A stretch of DNA of 64,000 nucleotides, taken from contig CAZYHQ010000001.1 of NCBI GenBank assembly GCA_964646855.1, positions 3,414-67,413 on the forward strand, given 5' to 3'. A program made the translations under genes and the position numbers. This document shows, in pieces, positions 8,983 to 18,436 of this stretch. The stretch is from an uncultured archaeon (GTDB lineage Archaea; Aenigmatarchaeota; Aenigmatarchaeia; CG10238-14; SCSR01). The notes under the pieces are model-generated. The model was not told where the DNA came from, ran no database searches, and was given only the letters and a program-made list of their open reading frames with translations. Position 1 is the stretch's first letter, and each line of letters opens with the position of its first letter.

Positions 8983-11160
8983 TTTAGTTTGTTCTTCTAT
9001 TTGTTTCATTGACTTCTTTCCAGCCAATTGATCCTTTATTGACTTGGTAGTTTTTACTCCTACCAACCGTTCCAAGCTTTCTACAGGAACTTCTCTGAGT
9101 TTTTGCAGACTCGTCATCCCTGCGGAGTAAAGTCTTCTTGCCCGCACCCTACCCACATCTTTCAGTTTTACCAGAGCCAACAGTTCTCCCTTTATGCCGT
9201 ACTGCATTCGCACACGGACTTTCCCTATCTCTGTCAACAAATCTTTGTGGCCGAGAAGAAGTGCGAGTTCGTGAAGAGAGTACAAAAGCCAGTTGGATGT
9301 TTCCAACCTGTTTCTCAGCTCGCCAGGGGCAACCCGATATTTTGTAAGTATCTGGTTTTCAGTTGCTTCATTAATCCAATCGGAAAACATTACAGATGTT
9401 TTAACTGATTTGAAAAACTCGTCAAATTCCAAGTCCCACTCCTCAGGAATTTTCTGCAAAAATTCTTTCTCTTTTATGACAAGCATGTTGCCGAGGTCTG
9501 CAATTTCTACAGACTTTACAGAAAGAAGTGGCCTCATTTCCAGACTGTTGGAAATTGTTTGGAGAAAGCTGAATTCCGTAATTTGCTTTTTGCTGGCAAC
9601 ATTTAACGATTCAATAAAATTGTGCGCTGTCAAAGGATCGATATAAAGTTCTGACACCCTTCTTCCCATTAGTGTAGGTCTGAGCTTGCCGTCGTCTATA
9701 GAAACAAAACCCCACCCTGCCAGCTGGCTTAGAATATCGAAAATTTTTTCTTCGATAAAAGACATGTCGCCGTACTGGAGAGCGTAAAAAGTTTTTGAAA
9801 AAAACTCTTTCAACGATTCCTGAGATTTTACAAACTCGCTGGCTATCAACGCCATTGTGTGCATGCGCAGGACAGGTTCGATTGCAAGCTTTGATGTGAT
9901 GTCTTCCACTTCACCGTTTATATAACGGTCCGACAAATCACTTGCGTCGTCATCGTTCTTCGCAACTAAAATTGCTTCTCCAAATTCGTCGTACTGCGGC
10001 CTGCCAGCGCGGCCGACCATCTGTTTGTACTCCAGAACAGGAATGTAGTTCGAGCCGACAGAATCGTAGTAGCGTTTTGCATCACGAATTATCACCCTGA
10101 ATGCCGGAAGATTTACTCCAAGTGCAAGAGTAGGAGTTGCAGTAATAACTTTAATCAACCCGTTTCTGAAATTTTCTTCTATGAGCCTCTTTTGTTTGCC
10201 CAGCAGTCCTGCATGATGAAATGCAACACCGCGTCTAACTGTCGCAGCAATTCTTTCGCATTGGTCTGTAGGACTTTCTAGAACGTTCAGAATTTCATTT
10301 GCTATTTTTTCCAGCTGCTCCGACTCAAGTTTGGTAAGAAATGGTTTTGTTGCGCTGGTGAGTGTCGAGGCGAGCTTCTCTGCTGTTTTTCTCGTCGCGA
10401 CAAAGAAAAGGCATTGTTTTTTCAGCAGCAGGGTGTTTTCGGCTATGGCCTCTTCAGTTTCAATCTCAGAAAGTTTGTACCCTTTCTTGCCGTAAAACTG
10501 AATTTGAGAATCGAACGACACGCCTTCGTACAATTTGACAGGACGAAAATCGCTCTCAATCAATGTGGCGTTCAACCACTTGGTAAGCTCAACAGAATTT
10601 TTTACCGTTGCTGACAAGGCGAATATCTGCGCACGCGGGGCAATTTCTTTCAGCTTTGTGAGAAGTATTTCCAAAGTTGCTCCGCGCGAAGAATCGTTCA
10701 ACAAATGAATTTCATCTGTAATTATCAAACCGATTTTGTTGACCCACTGTATATTGTGCCGAAGGAGAGAGTCAAGCTTCTCAGTGGTACAGCATATTAT
10801 GTCGTAATCCGCCAACCAAGGGTCAGAAGAATCAAAATCACCGACGGAAATCGCAACCTTGTACTTGCCTTCGAAAAGATTTTTGAAGTAATTATATTTT
10901 TCATAAGTGAGCGCGACGAGCGGGGCGATGTAAACAATTTTGCATCTGGTTTCCGCCAACTTGTGAATGATTGCGAGAGTTGCGATTAATGTCTTGCCGC
11001 CTGCTGTCGGCAGTGACACAACAAGATTCCTGTCTTTGAACAACCCTTTACGTATGATGTCTGCTTGTGGTGGATACAGTTCAAAAATTTTCTCTTCTTT
11101 GAATTTTTGTACGTATTCTTGGGGAATACCGTATTTCGTCAGCTCATCTACTTTCATCAT
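8965..11160 (-). CDS. hel308: ATP-dependent DNA helicase Hel308 (Hjm; Ski2-like)
   Basis: Walker A (PTAGGKTLIA), DEIH box (ITDEIHLL), helicase motifs SAT and QMVGRAGR, winged-helix/ratchet domains, and a C-terminal HhH (LVKLKDVGRVRARRLYSAGM). 731 aa. Confidence 0.85.
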   Translation of the reverse strand: MMKVDELTKYGIPQEYVQKFKEEKIFELYPPQADIIRKGLFKDRNLVVSLPTAGGKTLIATLAIIHKLAETRCKIVYIAPLVALTYEKYNYFKNLFEGKYKVAISVGDFDSSDPWLADYDIICCTTEKLDSLLRHNIQWVNKIGLIITDEIHLLNDSSRGATLEILLTKLKEIAPRAQIFALSATVKNSVELTKWLNATLIESDFRPVKLYEGVSFDSQIQFYGKKGYKLSEIETEEAIAENTLLLKKQCLFFVATRKTAEKLASTLTSATKPFLTKLESEQLEKIANEILNVLESPTDQCERIAATVRRGVAFHHAGLLGKQKRLIEENFRNGLIKVITATPTLALGVNLPAFRVIIRDAKRYYDSVGSNYIPVLEYKQMVGRAGRPQYDEFGEAILVAKNDDDASDLSDRYINGEVEDITSKLAIEPVLRMHTMALIASEFVKSQESLKEFFSKTFYALQYGDMSFIEEKIFDILSQLAGWGFVSIDDGKLRPTLMGRRVSELYIDPLTAHNFIESLNVASKKQITEFSFLQTISNSLEMRPLLSVKSVEIADLGNMLVIKEKEFLQKIPEEWDLEFDEFFKSVKTSVMFSDWINEATENQILTKYRVAPGELRNRLETSNWLLYSLHELALLLGHKDLLTEIGKVRVRMQYGIKGELLALVKLKDVGRVRARRLYSAGMTSLQKLREVPVESLERLVGVKTTKSIKDQLAGKKSMKQIEEQTKLISFE

Positions 11161-11644
11161 GAACCATATTTCTTTTGTTTCTTACATAAGTGAGAAAAGA
11201 ATAACCTTCTCCTTCCTCTCTGTTTTTTAGAATCCATTCGTTAAAATTTATTTTTGGGAAAAAGGTATCTCCTTCATAATTTCCATGTATTCTTGTTAGT
11301 TCTAAGGTGTCAGCAATTTTTAAGCCCTCATCGAATAAAGATTGTCCGCCGATAATGAAGACCTTGTCATAATTTTTGCAATATTCGATAGCTTCTTCCA
11401 ATGAGTTTTTTACAACTACATCTGGCGGACTAAATTCTTTTTGTTTTGTAAGTACTATGTTTACCCGATCCTTCAGGGGTTTTACAGGTAGCGATTCGTA
11501 TGTTTTCCTGCCCATAATCACAGGGTGGTTCAGCGTTAAAATTTTAAAATGTTGGAGGTCTTCTTTGATGTGCCAAGGGATTTTTCCATCTTTCCCTATC
11601 ACATTATTTTCGGAAACTGCTGCAATAATTATAATTTTACTCAT
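11144..11644 (-). CDS. folA: dihydrofolate reductase
   Basis: Classic DHFR signature (IIIAAVSENNVIGKDGKIPWHIKEDLQHFK...VIMGRKTYESLP...IIGGQSLF), 166 aa. Confidence 0.8.
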   Translation of the reverse strand: MSKIIIIAAVSENNVIGKDGKIPWHIKEDLQHFKILTLNHPVIMGRKTYESLPVKPLKDRVNIVLTKQKEFSPPDVVVKNSLEEAIEYCKNYDKVFIIGGQSLFDEGLKIADTLELTRIHGNYEGDTFFPKINFNEWILKNREEGEGYSFLTYVRNKRNMVHDESR

Positions 11645-12507
11645 ACTGCTAACTCGAATTTTATTGGGGGGTGCGAATTATAATTTTCTGCTTTTGTATC
11701 TTGATATCTCCATTCAAAGATCGATTTAAAATTTTCTGTTTTAATTGTTGGTAATGGGAGTGGTTTCCTTTCTAACTGCTCTTTTAGTCCTTCAACATGA
11801 GTAACATAAACATGTGTGTCTCCCAAAAAACCAGTTAATTTTCCTTCTTTAAGATTTGCTTCCTTTGCAAGCAAATGCAACAACAACCCGTAGCTAGCAA
11901 TGTTAAATGGCAGACCTAGAGCTACATCGATAGATCTCTGATTCCACATCAGGTTTAATTTGTCACCTATGACAGTGACTTGAAAGCTGTAATGACAGGG
12001 TGGCAGAGCCATTCTCTGAACATCCACAGGATTCCAAGATGTGACAATCATCCTTCTATCGTAAGGATCTTCCTTCAATTTTCTAACAACATTCGCTAGT
12101 TGGTCAATGCCGTCCCCGATCGGAGGTTTATCATAAGAAATATATTTCGCTCCAAAATTTCTCCACTGCCAACCATATATGGGGCCGAGGTCACGCGCTT
12201 CCATCATTTTCTTTTTTGTTTCAGAATCATGCCCATAATTAACAATATCTTGACTGGCCCATTCATCCCAAATATGATTATTGTTGTCGATAAGCCATTG
12301 TTTATCGGTCATGCCTTTAATAAAAAATTCAAGTTCAGATGCAACCAATCTAAACGGCACTTTTTTTGTTGTAAGCAAAGGAAAGCCACTTTCCATATTG
12401 TGCTCAAAAATCACACCGGCGATAGCAATAGTGTCAATACCAGTTCTGTTTTTTTTCAAAGTCCCGTTTTTCAAAATTTTATCGACAATGTCTAAATATT
12501 CTTTCAT
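11641..12507 (-). CDS. thyA: thymidylate synthase (ThyA type)
   Basis: Active-site motif ALPPCH, plus RRMIVTSWNP and the dUMP-binding DLGPIYG region. 288 aa. Overlaps folA by 4 nt. Confidence 0.9.
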   Translation of the reverse strand: MKEYLDIVDKILKNGTLKKNRTGIDTIAIAGVIFEHNMESGFPLLTTKKVPFRLVASELEFFIKGMTDKQWLIDNNNHIWDEWASQDIVNYGHDSETKKKMMEARDLGPIYGWQWRNFGAKYISYDKPPIGDGIDQLANVVRKLKEDPYDRRMIVTSWNPVDVQRMALPPCHYSFQVTVIGDKLNLMWNQRSIDVALGLPFNIASYGLLLHLLAKEANLKEGKLTGFLGDTHVYVTHVEGLKEQLERKPLPLPTIKTENFKSIFEWRYQDTKAENYNSHPPIKFELAV

Positions 12508-12548
12508 TATTTTACCATTTCTCTATAGTTTGTTTAATTATTTCTCCT

Positions 12549-13022
12549 TTATGCGAGCAGTGTATACAAATAAAAAACTGCTACGTTGAATGCAAAGCTG
12601 AACAAAATAAAAATCAAAAATTTGCCGCCAAAACCTCGCGAAATAAAAACCATTATTGCAGAGAGCAGATGGTATAGAACTAAAGCTGGCCAGAAGCCGG
12701 CAAGCTGCAATAGATTACCGAGGTAGACTGCCAGCAAAACTGCCGGTGTCGCGAACAAAATGTAATGCGCAATGTTAATGCTTGTCGCGATGTGAACTGC
12801 TAAAATTACGGTGGCTGCAATCATCCCTTCTGCTAAACCGTATTTGTAAGCTGCCATCCAAGGAGCAAAAAACAGAAAATCCGCCCCGTAAATGCCTGGG
12901 ATGAATTTTTTTCTGAAAAAACTTAGTGCTACATTTAGACTTGCGAAAATCAATATGAATATAACAAAATTTACCATGTAATCATTTATTCTAACTCTTG
13001 GTAAAGTGGGAATTGTTTGCAC
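12549..13022 (-). CDS. hypothetical multi-pass membrane protein
   Basis: 157 aa with ~5 TM helices, lying between thyA and glyA and overlapping the glyA start. Confidence 0.35.
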   Translation of the reverse strand: MQTIPTLPRVRINDYMVNFVIFILIFASLNVALSFFRKKFIPGIYGADFLFFAPWMAAYKYGLAEGMIAATVILAVHIATSINIAHYILFATPAVLLAVYLGNLLQLAGFWPALVLYHLLSAIMVFISRGFGGKFLIFILFSFAFNVAVFYLYTLLA

Positions 13023-14329
13023 AAATCCAAGACTTGTTCACGAACTTGTTTGATTTTTTCATTCTTGGAAATGTCATCGCGGAAGTTTTGTAAATCTGTT
13101 TGTCTTTGTGTTTTGTCCTCAGACAATTGATAATTTGCAACTTCGTTCACAATTTCTACAATCCAGTTTCCGATTTTTTCCATTTCTGATTCTTTCATGT
13201 TTCGTGTAGTTAGTGCTGGTGTACCTAATCGAACACCAGATGGATAGAAAGGCGAAGATGGATCGTCAGGAATGGTATTCTTGTTTACAATTATTCCTGC
13301 AGACTCTAATGCTTCATGTACAAAAATTCCTTTACCTTTACCAAATGGTGTTAGATCAATTAGCATCATGTGATTATCTGTTCCGTTTGAAACAAGCTTC
13401 AATCCTTTATCGATCAGTGTTTGAGCTAGGTTTTTAGCATTCTTTACTATTTGCTCGGAATACTGTTTGAACTCTGGTTTTGATGCTTCGCCTAATGCGA
13501 CAGCAATTCCTGCGGTAGTGTGATCGTGTGGGCCACCTTGTAGTCCTGGAAATATCGCACGATCGATTTTTCCAGCCAGTTCAGGATCCTTTTTCAAACC
13601 TCTTTCTGTAACCATAATCATCGCGCCCCGCGGACCGCGTAAAGTTTTGTGAGTGGTTGTAGTAACGATGTGAGCGTATTGAACAGGACTTTTGTGGACA
13701 CCAGCAACAACCAGTCCAGCAATGTGTGCGATATCGGCTGCTAAGTAAGCTCCAACTTCATCAGCAATCTTACTCAGTTCTTCGAACGGAAATTCTCTTA
13801 CGTATGCTGTTGCGCCCACCCACATTAGTTTCGGTTTATTTTCTAAAGCCAGTTTCCTAACTTCTTCCAAGTCGATATAACCATCTGGTTTAACACGATA
13901 CTGTACACTTTTGAAGAACTGGCCCGTAACACTTGCATTCCAACCATGTGTTAAATGCCCACCATGTGGTAGACTCTGTCCCATTACAGTATCGCCGACC
14001 TTACAAGTTGCTACGTAGACTGCAAAATTTGCTGGGCTCCCAGAATAAGGTTGGACATTTACATGTGGTACTCCAAAAAGTTTTTTGGCGCGTCCGATCG
14101 CTAAACTCTCGAGTTGATCAACAATTCTATTTCCTGCGTAATATCTTTTGAAAGGGTACCCTTCTGAATACTTGTTTGTGAATACAGAACCCATGGCTTG
14201 CAGGACAGCGATGCTCACATGGTTTTCAGAAGGGATCATTTCGAGTTCGAATTTTTGCCTCTCTAACTCTGCTCTAATCAATGCTGCAATCTCAGGATCG
14301 ATTTTATCTAGAATATCAGAAACTTTCAT
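12986..14329 (-). CDS. glyA: serine hydroxymethyltransferase
   Basis: PLP-lysine motif TTTTHKTLRGPRG, plus SEGYP, YYAGN and GYIDL motifs. 447 aa. Confidence 0.9.
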   Translation of the reverse strand: MKVSDILDKIDPEIAALIRAELERQKFELEMIPSENHVSIAVLQAMGSVFTNKYSEGYPFKRYYAGNRIVDQLESLAIGRAKKLFGVPHVNVQPYSGSPANFAVYVATCKVGDTVMGQSLPHGGHLTHGWNASVTGQFFKSVQYRVKPDGYIDLEEVRKLALENKPKLMWVGATAYVREFPFEELSKIADEVGAYLAADIAHIAGLVVAGVHKSPVQYAHIVTTTTHKTLRGPRGAMIMVTERGLKKDPELAGKIDRAIFPGLQGGPHDHTTAGIAVALGEASKPEFKQYSEQIVKNAKNLAQTLIDKGLKLVSNGTDNHMMLIDLTPFGKGKGIFVHEALESAGIIVNKNTIPDDPSSPFYPSGVRLGTPALTTRNMKESEMEKIGNWIVEIVNEVANYQLSEDKTQRQTDLQNFRDDISKNEKIKQVREQVLDLCKQFPLYQELE

Positions 14330-14369
14330 AACATCTATAAATATTCAGTCAAAGTTTAAATATAGAAAC

Positions 14370-15371
14370 GTGGCTTTAGTGGGAGAATTAATTTGTCTTG
14401 GTATAGAATCGACTGCCCACACGTTAGGAGTTGGGATTGTTGATGACAAAGGGAAAATTCTTGCTGAGAAAAGGGAAATGGTAAAAACTAAACTCGGTTC
14501 TGGTTTCGTTCCAAAAGAATTGTTTGAACATCATGTAGCTGTAGCAGACAAGTTGATTAAATCTGCTCTTGAAGATGCGAAATTAAAAATTACTGGCGTT
14601 GATGTTTTTTCTTTTTCGCAGGGCATGGGCATACCTAATGCCCTCCGTGCAGGAGCTGCAGCAGCAAGATTTCTGGCTGAGAAATACAATAAACCTTTGG
14701 TCGGCGTGAACCACGCGGTCGCACACATAGAAATTGGAAAATTGACGACTGGAGCGAGGGATCCTGTCGTTCTTTACTTGTCTGGTGGCAACACTCAGGT
14801 CATTGCTTTAGCCGAAGGTAGGTATAGAATTTTTGGAGAGACCGAGGACATACCGGTTGGAAATGCTCTGGATGTGATTGCACGCGACATGAATCTGCCG
14901 ATGCCTGGAGGTCCTGAAATAGAAAAATTTGCAAAGTTTGGGAAGTACGTAGATCTGCCTTACGTTGTCAAGGGAACGGACCTGTCTTTCAGCGGAATAC
15001 TCACAGCTGCAAAACAGAAACTACGTGACGGTGTGAGTAAAGAAGATGTTGCATACAGCATGCAGGAAGTTTGCTTTGCTATGCTGACTGAAGTCACAGA
15101 GCGCGCTCTGGCCCACATTGGTAAAAAAGAGGTTCTGTTGGTTGGTGGTGTGGCTGCAAATAAAAGACTGCAAGAAATGCTGAAAATAATGTGTGGTGAT
15201 CGTGGTGCGAAATTGTTTTACGTTCCTATGCAGTACGCGTCTGACAACGGGGCAATGATTGCATGGAACGGAATTTTAGCTTACAATTCCGGCCGACAAA
15301 CAAAAATAGAAAACTCTGGTGTAAAGCAAAATTGGAGAACTGATGAAGTAGAAATATTTTGGGTTGTGTAA
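14370..15371 (+). CDS. kae1: tRNA N6-adenosine threonylcarbamoyltransferase Kae1 (KEOPS catalytic subunit)
   Basis: N-terminal LGIESTAHTLGVGIV, metal-binding HxxAH (VNHAVAHIEI), LSGGNTQV and VGGVAANKRL motifs. Start trimmed to the GTG at 14370, because the ORF-track start at 14148 overlaps glyA by 180 nt. A TATA-like tttaaata sits ~12 nt upstream. Confidence 0.85.
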   Translation: MALVGELICLGIESTAHTLGVGIVDDKGKILAEKREMVKTKLGSGFVPKELFEHHVAVADKLIKSALEDAKLKITGVDVFSFSQGMGIPNALRAGAAAARFLAEKYNKPLVGVNHAVAHIEIGKLTTGARDPVVLYLSGGNTQVIALAEGRYRIFGETEDIPVGNALDVIARDMNLPMPGGPEIEKFAKFGKYVDLPYVVKGTDLSFSGILTAAKQKLRDGVSKEDVAYSMQEVCFAMLTEVTERALAHIGKKEVLLVGGVAANKRLQEMLKIMCGDRGAKLFYVPMQYASDNGAMIAWNGILAYNSGRQTKIENSGVKQNWRTDEVEIFWVV

Positions 15372-15382
15372 AACACATCACT

Positions 15383-15646
15383 TTAGAGCAGTTCGTTCTC
15401 GCTAACGATTACAAAATCTCCAACAGATTTTACAGAAGAAAATGGAATCAGCAGTCGCCCTTTTTCGTCTGATTTTAGATTAAGGTCAGACAAATGCTTC
15501 GTCGATTGCTCGACAATCAAGTTAAGCAACTCGCCGCTTTCTGTTACGAAATCTATGTTGCTTACGACTCCGAACTTCCTTCCTGTTTCTTCGCTGATTA
15601 TTGTCTTGCCGACAATGTCTCCTGCTCGTACTCTCTGTTCAGCCAT
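15383..15646 (-). CDS. PRC-barrel domain protein
   Basis: 87 aa. GDIVGKTIISEETGRKFGVVSNIDFVTESGEL resembles the PRC barrel (RimM-like) fold pattern. Confidence 0.5.
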   Translation of the reverse strand: MAEQRVRAGDIVGKTIISEETGRKFGVVSNIDFVTESGELLNLIVEQSTKHLSDLNLKSDEKGRLLIPFSSVKSVGDFVIVSENELL

Positions 15647-15709
15647 TAAAAATCACCTTATCCTGTTTACTATATTTGTTTTTAATCTTTTTTAAGTTAA
15701 CATAAGGTT

Positions 15710-16225
15710 ATGCCGAGGCTCTTTATCGGGATGATGTTGCCGGAAGGTTTAAAAGATAGTGTAATTGTGCTTCAGGAGAGAGTCAAAAAGTTTGTTGATG
15801 CTAAATTTGTCGAGGGTGGAAATTTGCACATAAGCCTCTCCTTCCTAGGAGAGGTAGACGAAACTCAAACGGAAAACATTAACAACAGTTTGGATGGCAT
15901 CTGCCGAGGGCATAAAAAATTCGAGGTGAAAACCGGGGAGGTAAAATTTATACCGAGTTTGGATTTTTTGCGCGTGGTTGCACTGGATGTAGAAAGCAAC
16001 GAATTAAAAGGAATCAGCAGGGAGGTAAAAACAGAAATCGGTGGCGATGTAAAACCGCCTCATCTGACTTTGTGCAGAGTTAGAAAAGTAGTTGATAAGG
16101 ACGGCCTTGCAAAACTTTCTGGTGTAGAAATGAAATTTGTCGTGGATAAAATCTGCGTTGTAGAAAGCAGGTTGTCGCGTGCGGGGCCGACTTACATTGC
16201 AGTGCACGATTCCTATCTCGATTAA
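15710..16225 (+). CDS. RNA 2',3'-cyclic phosphodiesterase / 2'-5' RNA ligase (LigT/ThpR, 2H family)
   Basis: Two H-x-T/S-x motifs (HISLSFLG and HLTLCRV) separated by ~85 aa. 171 aa. Starts MPRLFIGM. Confidence 0.7.
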   Translation: MPRLFIGMMLPEGLKDSVIVLQERVKKFVDAKFVEGGNLHISLSFLGEVDETQTENINNSLDGICRGHKKFEVKTGEVKFIPSLDFLRVVALDVESNELKGISREVKTEIGGDVKPPHLTLCRVRKVVDKDGLAKLSGVEMKFVVDKICVVESRLSRAGPTYIAVHDSYLD

Positions 16226-16692
16226 GTTGCTACTCTCCTATCGGCGAATTTTTTTCGGTTGAAAAACTTGTCGATAGACTGTTCTGTGCCTGACTCGTAC
16301 ATTGTTTTGAGCTTTGTGAAGGAACTCAATTCTTCAATCCTTTGAACGCCGAACACCAAGTGGATTTTTTGACGTAATCTTGAATTTACATAAATGCCTT
16401 TGGCCTGCAAATTCCTTCGGAGATAATCACAGATTAGCTCGCCTTCTTCGTCAAAATCCGAAAGTATAGTTACGGAATTAAAATGCTCCGAAATGTTTTG
16501 TACGACATCGTAAAGTGGTTTGCCGGATATGTCGAGGATGTTTTTAAAACCGATCTCTGCCAGAACCCTTTTGTCACGTATGCCCTCTACCACAAAAACG
16601 GAATTTTCCGCCTCTTCTATTTCTTTGTTAAGCATTAAATTTTTTGAAGAAAAATTCATAATTGTTAGTTTATACGATTTCTTCCAAGACAT
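16222..16692 (-). CDS. small Toprim-domain protein (COG1658-like)
   Basis: Toprim signature: conserved Glu in VVEG and acidic DxD in LSDFDEEGE. 156 aa. Convergently overlaps ligT by 4 nt. Confidence 0.6.
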   Translation of the reverse strand: MSWKKSYKLTIMNFSSKNLMLNKEIEEAENSVFVVEGIRDKRVLAEIGFKNILDISGKPLYDVVQNISEHFNSVTILSDFDEEGELICDYLRRNLQAKGIYVNSRLRQKIHLVFGVQRIEELSSFTKLKTMYESGTEQSIDKFFNRKKFADRRVAT

Positions 16693-17464
16693 CTCTTTCC
16701 GTAATTACTCCTTCAAGATTGTCGTTGTCGTCGACGACGACCAACCCGCCGACATCACGCGAAACCATTATCTTGACCGCTTCGGAAACGTCTACGTGTT
16801 TTTCTACTTTGACCGGTTTTCTGGTTGCAATTGTGGTGGCTTCCTTGTCCAGTCCTGTATTGGAAAAATTGTTGCCGGCTACGAAACTAAGCATGTCTGC
16901 GGACGTGACGATGCCGACTAATTTTTTGTTCTCGACCACGGGCAGGCGTCTGTAGTGGACGTTGACCATACTTTTCAGGCAATCCAATATTGACATTTTT
17001 TCCTTTATGAAAAATGGTTTTTTTGTCATAATTTCAGAAACTGTTTTGTTGAACTCGGTTTGGGAAAAATTTTTAACAAAGTCTCTTTCGCTTATCATGG
17101 CGACAAGCCGTTTGAAATTCAGAACCGGGAGTCCACCGCGTCTGGATATTTTCATTCGCTGCAGCACAGAATTTATTGTATCGTCACTGTTTGCCGAGAT
17201 CACATCACGAACCATTATCTCAGAAATTTTGTCATTGAAGTTGACTTTTCGCAGAAATGAGTCGAGAATGTCCATAGAGGTAACGATGCCGACGACTTCT
17301 TCCCTGTTGCTGACGACCGGAATGCGCCTGTGTTTTTTTCCAAGCATTTTGTCCACTACTGCGGAAATTTTTTCACTCTCTGTTGCATAAACAGGATTAA
17401 CATTAGCCAGTCGCAAAATATTCTCGTTCCTATTTATTCCTACAGCGTCGAGGTTTACACTCAT
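16670..17464 (-). CDS. CBS-domain protein (four CBS repeats)
   Basis: Four repeats of the CBS pattern (for example IMTKKPFFIKEKMSILDCLKSMVNVHYRRLPVV...LVGIVTSADML). Confidence 0.7.
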   Translation of the reverse strand: MSVNLDAVGINRNENILRLANVNPVYATESEKISAVVDKMLGKKHRRIPVVSNREEVVGIVTSMDILDSFLRKVNFNDKISEIMVRDVISANSDDTINSVLQRMKISRRGGLPVLNFKRLVAMISERDFVKNFSQTEFNKTVSEIMTKKPFFIKEKMSILDCLKSMVNVHYRRLPVVENKKLVGIVTSADMLSFVAGNNFSNTGLDKEATTIATRKPVKVEKHVDVSEAVKIMVSRDVGGLVVVDDNDNLEGVITERDVLEEIV

Positions 17465-18066
17465 TCTTCCGCTTCCGACTCGTCTCTACAGCTTTCGCAC
17501 AGCCATTGATCGTTTTTGTTTTGCAGGGTTGTAAAATAATTTTCGCAGGAATCGCATATGCCGGATGTGATTTCCTCGCGCAGCACGAATGGCTCTTCTT
17601 TCATCTTAAGCCTGTATTCCAGCAAATCCAGCATTTCTGGTGACGTTCGTGCCACGTCGGTTAGCGAGACGACCCCAACCAACTTGTCTTTGTCCACGAC
17701 TGGCAATCTATGAATGTTGTTGAGTTTCATTTTGCGGACCACATCGATTAACTCGTCTTCCGGCCTTACTCCAACGATTGGTGAACTCATTATATTTTTT
17801 ATTTTTATTTTGCTGGCTGTTTTATTTTCAGCAACAATTTTCTGTATCACATCGCTTTCAGACAATGTTCCGATTGGTTTTTTGTTTTTTGTGACAATCA
17901 GGAAACCACGCCTGACTTTTCGAAACAGTTCACCCGCCTCTCTGGCGTTTTTATTAACGTCAATGGAGTAAACTGGTGACGACATTATGTCTCTAACTTT
18001 AATTGGCAAATTATCACCTACAATAATTAATCGTAATTTGAATAATATTAATTGTGGTTCTTGCAT
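17461..18066 (-). CDS. CBS-pair protein with C-terminal zinc ribbon
   Basis: Two CBS motifs followed by CDSCENYF...CESCRDE. Overlaps the upstream CBS gene by 4 nt. Confidence 0.65.
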   Translation of the reverse strand: MQEPQLILFKLRLIIVGDNLPIKVRDIMSSPVYSIDVNKNAREAGELFRKVRRGFLIVTKNKKPIGTLSESDVIQKIVAENKTASKIKIKNIMSSPIVGVRPEDELIDVVRKMKLNNIHRLPVVDKDKLVGVVSLTDVARTSPEMLDLLEYRLKMKEEPFVLREEITSGICDSCENYFTTLQNKNDQWLCESCRDESEAEE

Positions 18067-18436
18067 GCAGGCGAAAAACAGATACAGAAAGGGGGCGAAT
18101 GCCGAACGAGAACTTGCAAAAATATTAAAGGGTCACGCGTTTGCTGTTGCGCGCTCTGCGAAAAGTGGCGGGAGAATTTCCATACCGGATGTCATTGGCG
18201 TCAAAGGTGGGACTGTTTTTGCGTTTGAATGTAAAACATGGAAGAGAAAACCTGTACTGAAACCCGAAGAGTTTGTAGAAATTTCCGATTGGTGTTCGAG
18301 GGCTGGCGCGAATGGCTTTCTGGCGTGGAGAAAAAGGGGCGAGTGGTTGTTTCTAAACATAGTCGATTTGAAAACCAAAGATATTAGCAAAGACGGACTA
18401 AAATTAGAAGATATAATAAATATGGTGCAAAAATGA
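18065..18436 (+). CDS. hjc: Holliday junction resolvase Hjc
   Basis: Archaeal Hjc nuclease pattern (KGANAERELAKILKG...AVARSAKSGG...PDVIGVKGGTVFAFECK). Start trimmed to the ATG at 18065; the track start at 17987 overlaps the opposite-strand CBS gene. Confidence 0.8.
   Translation: MQAKNRYRKGANAERELAKILKGHAFAVARSAKSGGRISIPDVIGVKGGTVFAFECKTWKRKPVLKPEEFVEISDWCSRAGANGFLAWRKRGEWLFLNIVDLKTKDISKDGLKLEDIINMVQK

Noticed and set aside
9103-9646. Several 69-117-aa plus-strand ORFs inside the hel308 coding region
   Set aside because: They lie antisense to a well-supported 731-aa helicase gene and have low-complexity, motif-free translations. They are antisense-frame artefacts.
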